This document shows positions 16,855 to 30,908 of a DNA stretch of 59,427 bases, piece by piece. Position numbers and translations under genes: made by a program. The DNA lies in NCBI GenBank assembly GCA_013115145.1, contig JAAPAO010000164.1, positions 1 to 59,427 on the forward strand. The letters run 5' to 3'. A model generated the notes under the pieces. It searched no databases and was not told the DNA's origin. It saw nothing but the letters and a program-made list of their open reading frames with translations. Origin of the DNA: Perkinsus chesapeaki ATCC PRA-425. Lineage: Eukaryota > Protista > Perkinsozoa. How positions within the stretch are numbered: position 1 is the first letter of the stretch; every line of letters starts with the position of its first letter.

Positions 16855-19800
16855 TTAGACTGTAGGTATGGGTCTGTGCGATATCGATACTGTCGAATCG
16901 TCACCACTAATCGTGATCAGCCGTGCTCTTTCAACCGAAATTCGGAGTAGGCTAACTCGGGTGGTTAACTCAACAGCATGATGAGCAGAAGAATATCGCC
17001 TCTGACATGCACACTCACTAATAATGAATTGCTGCTGCATTTAATCGATATGTTCACTTCAGGCTGCCACCTTTGTTGTGTCAAGCAAAAGCTTCTCACC
17101 GTAGCCACACACCGTTCCCGCTCTTCGACGCGGAACCTGGGAAAAAATTTCATATCGGATCCGCAGTTGCATGCTCGTAGATTCGTGACGGGAATAGCTG
17201 ATTTCTGGCGCATTCGATTGGATTAGGGAACCGCGACTATACCTCTGAGAGTACTATCACAGGAGATGGCGGTCGTCACTGGTGTTATCTTGCCCACTAA
17301 AAGCGTTTAGTCACCCTTGCCCGAGTTACCATGATCCTGATGGAGCCGAACCGCTCAAACCTTCTCATATCAATCTTGAGCCTCGTTGACAAGTCGAAGC
17401 CGATCGGAACTCGCACAGAGTTAGAGTCTATAGGTGATTCAATGTGGAGGATTTGCGCACCAAGATCGGCCGTGACCTAAAAACAGCAAAGGCAGCGGCT
17501 CGGCGATGCCATCACAGTTAAGGTCACCTTGCTAATGTGCTGGTCGGCGGCTTTCGGGCCCCTTACGTCAATGACATAAGCGTCACCTTGAAGAGATGTC
17601 TCGATTTTAATGAAAGAGCCTCGGGAAGGTTTTACCGGGATGGAAGACTGCAAGGAAATCACAAACTATCATACAAAAGAGAGACCGTCCGCTCAACTCA
17701 CCGCAGTGGCATTCCTCTTGAAGGGATCAGATAGTTTGCTATCCCCAATTAACTTGGAGACATCGCTTGACGTTGCATCAGTGCTAGTCCCACTGGGATT
17801 GAATTTATATGATGGGGTACCTACATAAAGCAATGCAGCGATGGACCAACAGAAAAAATGGAAATAACACTGTAAGTGAAGCACTTAGGCTTGATAAGGG
17901 GAACTCGGATAACGAGGAAACTTCCAATAGCTGAGATTGTAGGACAGATGGATCTAAAAGCCAATTCATCAAATGATGTTTTCATGGCGACCTTAGCAAG
18001 CTTCGGGAAGTTTCCAGCGAAAAGATCAGGGTTGATGTAGCCTCCTAGGTGAGCCTACCAGCAACGAAGCCTTCTTCTTTCCACGGGAATGTGGTGGGAC
18101 CAGGTTGGTTCTCTCCTATTTTACCAGCTATCGTTACTTGTCTCGTTCGCTCTGCCTCCAGCACTCTGATGACCAACAGGCTATCGATGTCTCGTAAACA
18201 ATCGTACGATTTCCGCTGCATGCTCCTCTGTGGGGATTCCCAGGTGAGAACCCCGTAGTCATCGGCACTGCTGGCAGTCCCCTTGTCAAGACCTCCAGGC
18301 GCTGAGAATCATACAGTGTTGACTGGTGCTCGGTTTCGTTAAAGAATATTCTAGGCCTCTGCGTAAATCCTGCCCGACAATTCTTGGGACCTACTGGCTT
18401 CACCGCTTCCGATCGGGAAGGATTCTGCTTCATCGCTAGCGTCGTATCTTATCGGCATCATTTCGTGGGTGGGTTCCTAAATTAGGCTTATGTTGACATT
18501 TTCATCCGTAAGCTGCTGCCGCTGTGTACATGGTTCTCCTTGTCCCCGCTCCCACACACAGAGTCGCTCTCGGCTTCGACGTAATCATCTCGCTGGTCCA
18601 GCATCGCCCTGAGCTCTGCCTCAGTAATTTCGGGCTTCTTTTTCTGAACATCAGTAGGTCATCACCCTAGGCTACCATCCAGCCATCTACATACCTGTTC
18701 GCTTGGGGTTAAACCCGGAATGCTCCAAATAGAGACGGTGCCATCCAAAGCAACCGCTACTATCGTGCAGTTGTCAACCCATGACACGCCAATGGGCACT
18801 GCTGAGCCTACCAACTCGTATTTTCCCAGAAATCAACGGTACCATCGCCTCACCATATGATTTCCTCGATGCAATGCGCTCGACGTTAGTGGCGTCGACG
18901 ACTTCCAAAACACCCGTCGTTCTGTCGGAGTAGCACAGGAAGCGACCGCCTGGAGAGGCTCTAACCTACACGTAGATATGGCTACCGAATGATATCGATT
19001 AAGTTACCTGCTTGTCGCCGAGACCTCCTGCTCCTGAGGTTGAGATTGTGCTTGTTGCCGTGTAAGGACGGCTACCTGACATGCCACTATACACGTCAGC
19101 GTGCTACACGGTTCGATCATTAAGCTTCAATGACATATAGCGAAAGACATTATGAGCTGTTCGAATCGAACAGCTCATAATGTCTTTCGCTTTGATTATC
19201 GGGGTACACAGTAGGCTGACGAACCTTTGGGACCAGCTAGGATGTTGAGATCCATACAAACTTGGGCTGCCTTCGATGGCAGCCTCCAACGGTTATGTGG
19301 GTAGCACATGCTCCTCGCAATCTCTAGAACCTGATCTATATATACGGAGCTGTGGTATAGAACCGTCTATTTGCCTTCAAGGTTTGTGGTATTCTACTGC
19401 GTGTTCTGGCGTCAAAGCAAAGCACCTGAAAGTAGCATTTCTTGACCGACCGCCCCCTCCTAAACACTGATAGGCATATCACAGAATTCGTGACACGAAT
19501 AGACTCTTAGACGATGGCTGATAACGTGTGCGTGAAGGAGACTGTAGCATACAGAGGAATCAGTCAGGCTCAGTCACAGGTATCTCTTCATCCGAGTACT
19601 TGATTATCTCTGCTGCTGCACGTAAGCAGGCAAAGGCTTGGTATCTCCGCTCTTGCATTTTCTGCCTGCTGAGCAAGGTCTCTCGGATTGAGTAACCGCC
19701 GGCCGGATCCATTCGCGGCCGCCACGGTGCCGTGCACCATCCTAATAAAACTACTAACACTAACAAAAACCTGCCATACACCGTAGGCGATGTACTTATG

Positions 19801-22457
19801 AACATCCGGAATATTGCCAGATGAGGAATCGCCCTCAGTGCTGCACCTTATCCCTGTCTCTACGAACATGACTGTATCGATTGGGCTCATATGGCCATGG
19901 AAGACATCCTTCCTGGCGACCAGGGAGTCCGTCTCGTTCGCTTCCTCATTCGGGAGCAGCGCATTCTTGAAGGTCAAAAGATACCTAGGAAAAAAGCCGC
20001 CAAAATATTCGACATTAGCGCGCTTACGCCAGACCGTCGTGGCACCCTGCGGCGCAGTGACTGCCAAGAGAGGAAAGGTGACATGCTGTGATTGGTGACG
20101 CTCGGCTAATACCTCGACTGTATCTGCAACGCAGCACTTCTCAACGCCCATCACTAACACTTTACTGTATTGTTATGTCCTTCAGAGTCATCAACGTGGC
20201 TTCAGCGCTGATGTCAAAGATGACCAGAAACCCGTTGCTGTAGCCCACTGCTACTCTCAGCCCCTTATCGTTCGACCCGGCCTCTGTATTGATCTGAATA
20301 CGGTGGATGGAAGGAGGCGTACTTACGAGCACATACGACGTCAACACATGTCGCCGATAGTGTGGCATTGACGCCGTTGGCCCCACGGAGGAGATCTTCA
20401 GGGGAAATGCGAATCGCAAGGCTGACAGTCGCTCTCACAGGACCTAAGACGAATCCTAATAACAGCAATTGGAACAAATGTCACCATGTTGTTTGCGATA
20501 TATATACAGCTTGCCTCCGTCACTGCAACCAACGATTATATAGTTAGCTGAAGCAGCCACGCAGGTACAAGGTGCAGTAGGCGCTGAGGCCGTGAGACGC
20601 TTCAAAGAGGAGGCATCCTGATCCAAACAGCGAAAAGCTTCAACTGAAAGTGTTCCCAAGTCGGTTAGGTGAACACGCGGAAAGTGGTCCATGACCTAAC
20701 CTTTTCTGAAGGCGTCCAGAGCTACAGTTCAACCCATAAGCTAGACTGGGATTATGAGTGGCTAGCGGCCTTATGGCATGTGATGTAGCCTACCTGTTTC
20801 AAAAGATCGCAATGCGTGTCCAGTACACCGGCTAGTGGATTTTCTGCTGTTTGCAGGGCAATAAAGTGCCTAAAGAAGATTCATATTCCAGAGGCGCGAC
20901 TGATCGACAGTCATACCTTTGGAAACAAGCTCCAATGAGCCTTTCTCCGACAGGTGCTACTCGATGAGACTTTGACTGGTGCTGATCACCGAGAATGGTG
21001 CCTGCAGAAAAGGTCATGGAGCTCGAGATATTGATTTCTTACACCATCCGTTTTCTTGCAACGCCACCACTCGCTTGCGGAGGACTTTCAGATATACGAC
21101 AGCGCTTCGAGCTGGATCACCGGCGGCTTCCAGTCTTGTTGAGCCTGAACGACGAGTACTATAAAATGTAAGCGAAACAAAGGGAATGCTACGAAGACAG
21201 ATGTGGCCTTCAGTGAAGTAGACGACGCCATCACCGCTGCCGACGACTAACCTACCAAGAAACCAGAAATCGGCGCTTTCCGGACAGCGTACTTTTCATG
21301 ATTGTAGGGAGCTCGCTCCACACACGCCAAGCTGGTGATGATATTGCTCATGGCGCTTGCAGCACGGGCAAAAGCGGAGGACTTGGTGCCAGTGGTGGAG
21401 CGGGGAGTGAACGAGGTGTTTGCTGAAGTTGTGGACCCTGGGAATGACACGCGTATCCATCTCACAGAGGGCTGATATCTGAAACGGCTAACGGTATTGT
21501 AAACAGTGTAGCATTCCTATTATAGACCTGCTCAGGGTCCAAATCTTAACCATCCGTCCATGCCCGAACACAGCCCATTGATAGGCGTCTTCGTGCTCGA
21601 ATAATGGAGAGCTACCGACGACCTCAGCTGATGCACATGTGGTCGTGCAAATGGGCTGGGAAGGAAGCGGTGTTGAATTTGCCAGGACCCGGCGCCGTAC
21701 TTTTTTGATGCCTTGGCGAGCTGCTCCAGAGATCGACATCCTCTTCGTGGGAGGCTGAGGCCCGACTTTCCATATAGCCATAATTTGTTTTTGCATACCG
21801 CCTCCCACAGAGCAAAGATACCCGGCACTGCCAGGCAACCAACACAGAGAGGATATATACGGGGAATCATGGAAGGCCAGACGGAGCCTAAGGCGAAGGT
21901 GACAAGAAATTAGTAAAGACAAAAGTTGTACGTTGGAAGCCGCATCGATCCTTCAGAGCAAAGCCGATAGGGATCCCAGATATGCACTTCACTCATTTTG
22001 GTATGGCCCCTGAAAGGCATCTTGAACCTCTGAATAGTCCAATGGCAGTCGTCTCACATTCTGTACTGGCCCGATGCTATCAATCTTACTGCTGGCCCAT
22101 AAGCCATGCAGCTCACCATGTTAGTATGCCCGGTGTACGGAAACTGTTTGCCTAAAGTAACCGTAAGGAAGTTGAAGATGCTCTAGATCGCAGGGGAGGA
22201 GCTTGACGAGGCCCAGTTAGGCCTCACCTGTGGTGCTGTTCATAACAATGACTAAATCACCGCAACTGTATGCCACCAAGTCATCATCGATAAACTGAAT
22301 ATCGCCAAGCCTGCATGCTCCGCCTGGGGTCTGCATACTCGTTGCTCTCCCAGATAGCTTGGAGCATCTTCCGGAACCGAGCTGACGGAACTGCGCGAAA
22401 TGATCAGTGTGGATGGCCTACCAACAGTTGCAGGTCAAGTGGAGCGGAAGAGGCCAT
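16855..22457 (-). CDS. Large multi-exon WD40-repeat protein; the 16855-17880 part may be a separate gene
   Basis: Start MASSAPLDLQLL; IQFIDDDLVAYSCGDLVIVMNSTTGE; FHDSPYISSLCW..LCSVGGG..IMAIWKV; FHGHMSPIDTVMF; VAVGYSNGFLVIFD; VAVALDGTVSIW. Confidence 0.7.
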
Positions 22458-23463
22458 TGAGACGGAATACCAGAATACAGGAAACTCTAACAGCGAAAGC
22501 GTAAAGTAGAAATGCTGGGGCCCCGGGGTGAGCTTAAGTGTCCCTCGGGGTCATCGAGAGATCCTAATCCTATGAAAATTCCGCATTAATATACGTTCCA
22601 GGACTGAAACGTCGAGTGTGTTTCTTGTGGAAGTATTTGGTGTCCCCTTTATGGGCCTCTTCATGCATTCGTCGGGCCCTGAGGCTCGGAGACCGCGAAG
22701 TGCTTGCTTGTAACCAATATTAACAAAAGCTTGTAGTCATCTAGTTGGGTGATTGACTCCAACTAGTTCTCTATAGTAGCACCAAGGCATTACTACGAAA
22801 AACGGAATGTCTACTGTCGGCCTTTGAAGTGCGAGCAAGGGTCACACAAACTCAATTTGTGGGTAGGTTTGTGGGTAAGTGAAAACAGTTTGTCAAACTG
22901 TCATATCCTGACGCCGTATGAGGGCAATATGACTCATCGACTTCCCCCCTTTTCGCGGTCATAGGCCTAAGCGTACGGCGGATACAGCAAGCACGAATAA
23001 GTGATCGCGACCTCATTCGGGGACTTTCATGTGCTAACATAGAACAGGGCATCACGTCGCTGCGATATGGTTTCTTTCGGAGAAGGCTCAGCAGTTAGAG
23101 AGTACCGACTCCCTCCACATACACAAAGAGTTAGACGACTCATCATAGGGGCCACACTCTCAGGATTTAGGATACAAGGGATAGTTGACAATCGCATAAA
23201 GTCGTGGTCATTCGTGGCATGTTATGCATCACGGCGATGACTATCTACATCATCGCAGCTGCATGCCGATCAGTATCGAGGTTTCTTATAGGTTCCTGAC
23301 TGGCCGAAATCGGGGATGCTCGCGAACCAGTACGTAATGATTGGGGGTCATGTCAACTATGACAAAGCAAGAAAGGAGTACGGTGTGGCTGCGGCTCGTC
23401 TCTATCATGGCCCATGTGAATTGACAGTATTAGAAACCTTCAATATCAGAAACAGGTCTCTAA

Positions 23464-24465
23464 TCATGCTGCAACTGGGTGACACTTCTCACCCTCATCT
23501 TTTATATCGCATTCATCCTCAACCTCGGGGTGGGCCTCGCACACAATATAGTAAGTTGCGCCAAAGTGCTTGCGCTGAACTTGAAGGATCTTCATCCCTG
23601 ATTGCTTTACAAGGCGTAAAATCTCACGGTTATTATAGCAGCCGAATTTCTCCACGTGCTTGATCAGAGTGTTATGAAGATACTTTCTGAACAATGGGTA
23701 AGTGCTTTGCCCGTGCTCGAGTAGAAGGACTTTCCCGCGGCAGACTCTCTTAATCTCGAGGAGCGTCTCCGACGGATCCTCGAAGGAGCAAATGCCGAAG
23801 GTGTCAACCACGGTGTCAAAAGATTTGTCGGGGAACTCCTTCATTGAAGCGCAGTTGCCGCTCTTCAGTCGAAGTGGTATCGGATCCAACAGGTGCCGTT
23901 TCTTCTCGGCTGTCTCCAGCATTCGCCGACTGAAGTCTATTGCTGTAACAGATTTAACTTGCTTAGCATTGTAGAACCTGAAACAGAACACATGCCCATT
24001 CTCAGTTGCATGCCGGGATGTTCCGCGGTATAAAGCAACTGCCCACTGAAAGTTCCTCCCGGTCCCGACTGCCACTTCCAACACATCCCCTTCGGCATTG
24101 GCAAGCAGCTGTCTCCGCCATCTGGTCAGGCCCATAAGGTACTCATCCAGTCTAACCTAAGATATCCAAACCCTCGACAAAATCATACAAGCATGAATGT
24201 AAGCCATGTTGAGTTGAAGAGGGGTCAATGGCAAGTTGGGAAAAGGACAGAAAATGGGGAAGACGTGAGTCATAGAACAACTCACCTTGTAGTCCCATGA
24301 AGCTGCTACTTCGTCAAATATTTTTCTGCGTCGCTTCTCAGTTGGCAAGTCCTCGTCCTTATACCTCTTTTCCCGTCCCGCGAAGCCATAGTTCCCAAGG
24401 TACATCCCGCCGACCAGCACGCTCACCGTGCCCAGAGTGGAGGCGAAGACCTTCGCGTTGGACAT
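23464..24465 (-). CDS. Class I SAM-dependent methyltransferase (Methyltransf_11, OMS1/METTL7-like, probably mitochondrial)
   Basis: N-terminal hydrophobic anchor; FDEVAASWD; VLEVAVGTGRNF (motif I); AIDFSRRML; FDTVVDTFGICSFEDP; GKVLLLEHG. Confidence 0.88.
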
Positions 24466-24799
24466 TCGCACCTCAACCGCCTGCTACCGTTAAATGATTG
24501 TTCAACGCTGATCCCACTGTATGCACAAAACTTATATCATTATTGCATTTCATTGATGAAGGAATAGAGCTGCATTAGAAAAGTTCATTAAGGCTTCTCG
24601 GCGAGGGACTGGCAGCCTGGAGCCAGACCGGCGAATTCGCTTTCGAGACTTTCGTACTGGGAGACACGCCACTGAAAAAACGATCATCATGTTTGCTACT
24701 TTCGTTTCTACTCCATTTGATGAAGTAGAAACGAAAGTAGCAAAGGCATGGGTCGGAAGCCCGCCTAGTGAACTTTCTTTCGAGACTATTACGCGATGC

Positions 24800-26370
24800 A
24801 TCACTGAAGAAAATATGAACAGATGGCAAGAAAGGAGGGCAAGAGTCTTGGCATTTGCAGAGGAGTACGATTTACAGTAGATTATTTGCAGTACATTTTT
24901 TCGGACAAAACACAAGCTCGTTCCTACCTTCATATGTGCCTCAAGGACGGGTATGAACTCCTTTCGGCCAAGGAGGTTGTAGGCATTACGAAGAATCGTC
25001 GTGAGAGGTTTTGTGAAGACTGGAGGGACGCCTGGCTTATCGGCGCAGAAGAGGTCCTGGCCGAGCTCTAGCCCCATGCCGAAATCTCCTGAGCGGCAGC
25101 AGCAGTGAAAACACCAAGGTAAATGCAAAGAGGCAACCTTCGTCGTTTCCTATGTTAGTCCAGGTAAATATCTCATCTAATCTTGATGTATCTCGCTTAT
25201 CCGGGGGCGCCTCTCGAATCTTATCCAGGATGCCCTTCAGCGCTTTGGAGCTCACCGGCAGTTCGCGGTATCCGACCTTGAAAAATATCTGTACCTGCCA
25301 GATGGAGGCCCACTCACCTCAGTGTGCTTGTCGTATGGAACAAGAACTCCCAGACCACTGAATGTCGTCCCCTGGGTCCTCCGCGTTCGAGCCTTCCATG
25401 CATTAGTTGATACCACTAAGTCACCCTTGCCGGTGTGCACCCTGCCAAGAAACCGAACGAGAATGCGTTTCAATCTGTAGGGAACTACACAGAACTTTCC
25501 CCCAGCAAGGGTAACTCAGTACTTAATACTAATACTATCCATTACTAGTTGCTTAAGAGTGCGCAAGTCCGGACTTCGGACTCAATTCGGAGTTCCAAAT
25601 TCTTGACCGGGAAATGCTGTAGCATACCATCTAGTACGTAGCATTCTTTAAGACCCACAAGACGCACACTCGCTATCTTGCTCAATGATCTTACGATTCG
25701 ATCGCTTCCACAATGCGACCTCCTTCGTCATGTTCTCGAGCTATATCATATACGAGCGATAGTAGGGAGTCGGAGGCTGCTCGGAATTTATAGTCTTCGG
25801 CGCGGGCGGCCACGAGCACCTGAAAAACCGGAGTCGTGGCCTTCTGGATTGCCAATGGCCTACACTAACAGGAACATCGCCTGGGCTGTCCACGTAATAA
25901 ACCCAGTGTCGGCCTGGCTCTCTGGTATCGACCATTATAGTGACAACTTCCGGAGGATCATAAAAATAACGCCACTCGGCCTGGGCTGCCAACAAAGAGC
26001 AGCTAGGATAATACAACGACCACTGCCTCACCAGCCTCAGACTTCTCCGCGATTTCGTGGAAGGGACCGACTAGCTTCAGGCCAATGTCCTCGAGTGCTC
26101 CACAAGGATCGGATGGATTCAATTTCGTACATATCTCCCATACCGTAAACATGGATGGAGGTGCCTAACCCACCCAACTTCAGCCGGAGGTCGAGTAGCA
26201 CAGTGGCTGAGCATGCTGACCTCTATGAGGTACTTCTCGCCAATTCTCTTCGTCGCCCCGGCATATTTGTCCGTTGGTTGTTCCTTGCAGGATTTCGCCT
26301 CCTTCACTTCGGTCTGCGCTCTCTCCGTACTGGACGCCATTTCGCTTCTACGTCGTTTGGTGGCTGCCAT
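24800..26370 (-). CDS. HPF1: Histone PARylation factor 1 (HPF1/DUF2228); 3' end approximate
   Basis: Exons give GLKLVGPFH, WRYFYDPPEV, YYVDSPGDVP, TFSGLGVLVPYDKHTE|VGYRELP, and GNDEG|DFGMGLELGQDLF..AYNLLGR, collinear with remembered HPF1 motifs (LQLVGPY, WRFYYDPPE, VGYRELP, NDECDYGMGLELGMDLF). Confidence 0.88.
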
Positions 26371-26517
26371 TATGATACAGTAAACTTCACAATCTCGGGA
26401 ATTTCCGGCGAGAGTTCAAATGCACCAGGAGTCCCTAGTGCTCAGACTGAACACGGCACACTGAAAGGTAATTATGAAACTTGCTTCATGTTAGGGCTTG
26501 ATAGGCAGAAGATCGAA

Positions 26518-29189
26518 TTAGCCACTGCGGATGGGCAGCTCTAACCGACACGTACAGGACTGCGGCTATCATCCAGCTACTACCTTCCTTCATCCTGAGC
26601 AGCTCGTCCTCCATGCATTGCTCCAAGTCCTCTGCTCTCTTCAATCCGTGCTCTACTACTGCATTAATAATGTCAACTGCTGCTTCAAGGCGACGCTCGT
26701 AGCCCTGAACCACCAAGCCGAAGGTGAAGGAATAGACGGAGGTAAGAGACACACCTTTCTGTCATGCACGGACTGATCAGTGCGCTCCTCCAGCTCGCGT
26801 GTTTCTTCCTCAGCAGCGGCGATGTCCTCAAGCAACTTAGATTTATTAGCCATCGACGATTCGTGCATGTCTCGTATTTGCTGGTCTAGCTCAGCTATTC
26901 GGGCCTCAGCGTCTTCTATCGCCTAAGTGCATCAGCGCTGCCCTCCGCACCTCCAACCACCAAGAGCACTTTCTTCTCAGCTTCGGCTCTGTCCCTCAAT
27001 AGGGCCTCTTTAGTGTCCTTCCACTCAGCCTCCTTCATCGCCACAGTCTTTATTTCCTTCCTTGCCTTCCTCAGCTGCTTGTCAGCTTGCTCGCGGCTCT
27101 CGAGATACTCGCGAAGGGCGTCCTAGTCGAAGGCATTGATACTATCCGAGCACCCCAACCCTACCTCGGCCTTAGCCAAGCTCTTCCGGGTATCCTCTGC
27201 TCTTGCGTCAATCAAAGACTCAATATTCAACCCAGGCTGAACAAAGCATCAGACCAACCTCCTACATGGAGCTCTCACCGCCGCCAGAGATCCGAAAGAG
27301 CGTTTCAAGAACTCTGAGGCCTCAGGGTTGAAATTGGCCCTGGGGATGGCCGGATGGCCTCCATTCCCGATACACTCGTTGAACTCATGACACAGCCTGA
27401 GAGGCAGGGAGTAGGAGCTCGAACGACCGACTCAGAGGCTACTACCCTTGCAGCTTGTTCTGCTCTGCCCGAAGTTGGCTCTCCTCCGCTAAAGTATCCG
27501 AGTCGCATTGGCTTATCTACCAACTACTCATATCGGAACACAACCCCCAAGGGCACACCAGTTCCTGTAGACCGCGTGTGTCTTGATCAAGGCGCTTAGC
27601 ACATGCCAATAGCTGTGCCAGGTCCTCGTGGCTGTACGTCTGGGCGTCTACACGTTCAGTGATCTCCTCGATCTGAACAGCCGCATATTCGACACCGACT
27701 CCGTACCGAATTGTCCTGCCTGCTTCCTATACTCTTGCTCTCGCTGTTTCTCCTTCTCTGTTTTCTTCTCCCATTTCCCTCGCTCCTCTGAAGCCTCCTT
27801 CTCGCGATGCCTCAGCACTTCAACTTCCCTTCAAAGAGCGTCAAGCCTTGCCAATGCACCCTACCTTACTTTGCCTCCTCCGCGGCATGCGCCCTTATCT
27901 CATCGTTCTTCTTCTGGTACTCCTCAGGATCATCCAAGTCTCCACTGTCCTTGATTCTCTCGACTGCTGCTTCATTTTCAGTAATTATTTTCACACACTA
28001 AGCAAGACCACAATGGCCCCAAAGCGCCGCTGTTCTTCTCCACCTTCTCTGTATCGCCCCTAAGCTCCTCGTACTCCTCCCGAATAATGCGTTCTATTCG
28101 ACCCAGCATTGCATTCTCCTCCTACCGTCAAGCGACTTCCTACAGCCCTAAGAGAGTCGGCCTACCAGAGTCTCTGCTTGCCCTGCTTGCACCCACGCCG
28201 TATAGGCACTGCCCAGTGCTTGCTCTCGAGCCTGAATCCAGCAACGCCCTCACACAGGTGTTGGCGCCCGATGGCCTACCCGACAGGCATCTGATATCGC
28301 ATTAACCCTTTCCTTCATTCTATCGGACTCATCCGCCTCCTCAACAAGCCAGCTGAGAAGGCCTAGTAGGGCCGGCCATGTGGTGATTGCACCAACGCTT
28401 GCTAGGGCAGACTTGGGAACGTCGTAAGGATACAAAAGCTTAGTCCTAAAACAATACACTGTGGACGCTGCAAGGGATGGCTTCTATAGGCGAGCCAAGG
28501 GTAAGCAGTTGTTGTGAATGCTACAGATAAAACAGAACTTGCTAGAACTGACACGGATGCCTAACCTGACGATAGAGATGAGATCTTCCGGAGTGCTCTT
28601 CTTGTCGGAAGAGGACACGACCAGACTGGGATCGATCCGCTCCAGTAGGAATTTACAGACGGCGAAGAACTCCCGTGTGGATGGGCTGTCGAACCATGCT
28701 GGCTTCATGCGGCTGAAAAATAGCTTCCTGCAGCCCAATACAGCGGCCCCAAGCGCCTACTCGGATTGGTAACCATGCTTGCTCAGATAGGCGTAAACAT
28801 ATTCCGCACACGCCTTTCGGTACGACTTGCTTTGCAGTGGCCTCTCGTCCTTGATGCGAATGGTTCCATCATGACCTAAACGCGCTACCGCTGGCCACCC
28901 CGGTGATTTGCGCACCTCTAGGAGGATCCACTAGGGCTGCCTGCACCGGCTTTGGACTGAGGGCAGCTTGTAGACCCGTGTGGCTAGTCGGCAATGCTGT
29001 CTGGTAGAGGTCACGGACCGCCCCACCTGCCGAGGCTGTGTCTATTAATTCCACAACATTCATACCCTTGCTGCCACTTCCAGGCTGCTGGCGTTTACTC
29101 GCGCTTTTCCTTGAAGTCGTTCTCGGAGCGCTCATCGGATTCATCGTTGTCCTCCTGGGAACCTTTTCACCTGGTGTTGTCGGGTCCAT
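26518..29189 (-). CDS. NDC80: Kinetochore protein NDC80/HEC1
   Basis: KDERPLQSKSYRK..VYAYL, PSTREFFAVCKFLLERIDP, LLYPYDVPKSALASVGAITTWPALLGLLSWLV (CH domain), followed by long coiled-coil exons. Confidence 0.88.
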
Positions 29190-29493
29190 GGTAAAGGCGT
29201 AAATTGAACCTCAGTGGCTCCTGCCGATTAACCACACTTAGAAGACAACCCAACTCCCTTGATAAGTAAGGGTATTTATTCTTCCAGCTACAAAAACAAC
29301 TCTACAAAGTAGCTTACGAGGAACTCAGAAAGAGAATCTATGCATAAAGGCCGGTCGACTGTTCCGCAGCTCTATTGAGTCGGACCTTATCAGCGACGTC
29401 ATCGTATGTCCTGAGACGGGAATAACATATCGGTTAATCTACGGTTATGTGCGCCCACTGAAGCTCAGTACAATGAAAAGAGTGAGACCGAAA

Positions 29494-30908
29494 TTACTTC
29501 TTCTCTGTCTCCAGCTCGTCGTTTCGGCATATGGGACAGGTGTTGTGACGCTCAAGCCACTCCATAATACACTCATCGTGGAAGACATGACCGCATCCAG
29601 GCATTTTCTGATCACAAGATTTCGCCAAGGGGATAAGTTATGAGTTGCTCACCTTCGCTTTAGTTCCCTTTTTCATATCCTCTTGGCACATTACACAGAG
29701 CTCGTCATCATCTAGGGTAACCATCCTGAGCTCGTTGCGAGCTGAAAAAAATAATAACCGTTCATAAAGGGTTCCCCATAGCTTTCCATCTCATTTAGTA
29801 TGAGCGTTTCCCACCGGATAAGAAGTTATAGGCCACCCTTCATTGCCAAAGACGGCAGTGGCCATGATATCTATAGCTAAATGCCGGCACCCACAGTACA
29901 ATACAAAGTGAGCTAATTATACTGAAAATGCGAGATTATATAGTTTACCATCGTCCGCCACTCAACTAGTTGAGTGGTTAAGGAAAACAAAAATTATTCC
30001 GCGAATTTTGCTCAGCCTTGCAGATCCATAGACATTAAAATCATGCATATTCAATCAACAGAGTGCTTCGTACAAGTGTAGTTGTTTGATATTAAGCAGT
30101 TATAGTAGATGCTGTAGTGGTTCACCATGCTCACCATCACGGCTGGCAGGAGGTGCGCCTTGGTCTGCCTCGAAATCCCCTGCTGCAGCCGCAGCTTGGA
30201 GGTCGTCAAGGTTGATGCCGAGCAAATCGAGAAGTTGCTGATGAACACCTGAGCATGAAACAATACCGCAGACGTTCATTTCTCGAATCGCAAAATGCGG
30301 CAAGTACGCTTCTGACCGTCATGTCTACTAAACTTCCTAAATAACACGATAAATGAACAGATGGTAGCCAAACGATGCTTCCGTATCCCCACCACATACT
30401 ACTCACAGTAGCGGTATATTTCTACAACATGCCCGAGTTCACTAGGCTTTGCAAGTTGCAACGACAAGGCCCTCGCTTCCCGCGCGGAAACTCACTTCGA
30501 TTCGTCGAATTTCTCTTCATTGAATTCTGCATGCGCTCCTTCGCTTTAGCCTTAGCCTCCTCATCACTCTCTTCTAGAGCGCGAGTAGCCCACTCGTTGC
30601 ACTCCGGTAGGGGGATACCTGGCAAAAGCTGACCCCATCATTCCTCGGCCAGTTGCGCGCATACCGGCTTCCCCGCTGGTGAACTGCAAATTAAGGAAGA
30701 GCTCAAGCCCGGCTTGCCAATACCGAGCAACACTGAATCTCGTGTTAAGGACCGTGTAGGCTCTGTGGCACACTTCTATAAATGCCGGATCCTTCACAGC
30801 TGAGGCGTCGTTCGCCATCTCTGCTAGTTCGGTGAGGGCTGGGAGGATTGTGCGCTTGGATGACAAGTCCTTTCGAAGTTGAGATAAATGAGCGTGATCG
30901 ATGGACAT
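29494..30908 (-). CDS. RING-H2 E3 ubiquitin ligase, AIP2-like
   Basis: N-terminal [23 protein letters not shown]; GAPPASR; [38 protein letters not shown]. Confidence 0.85.
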
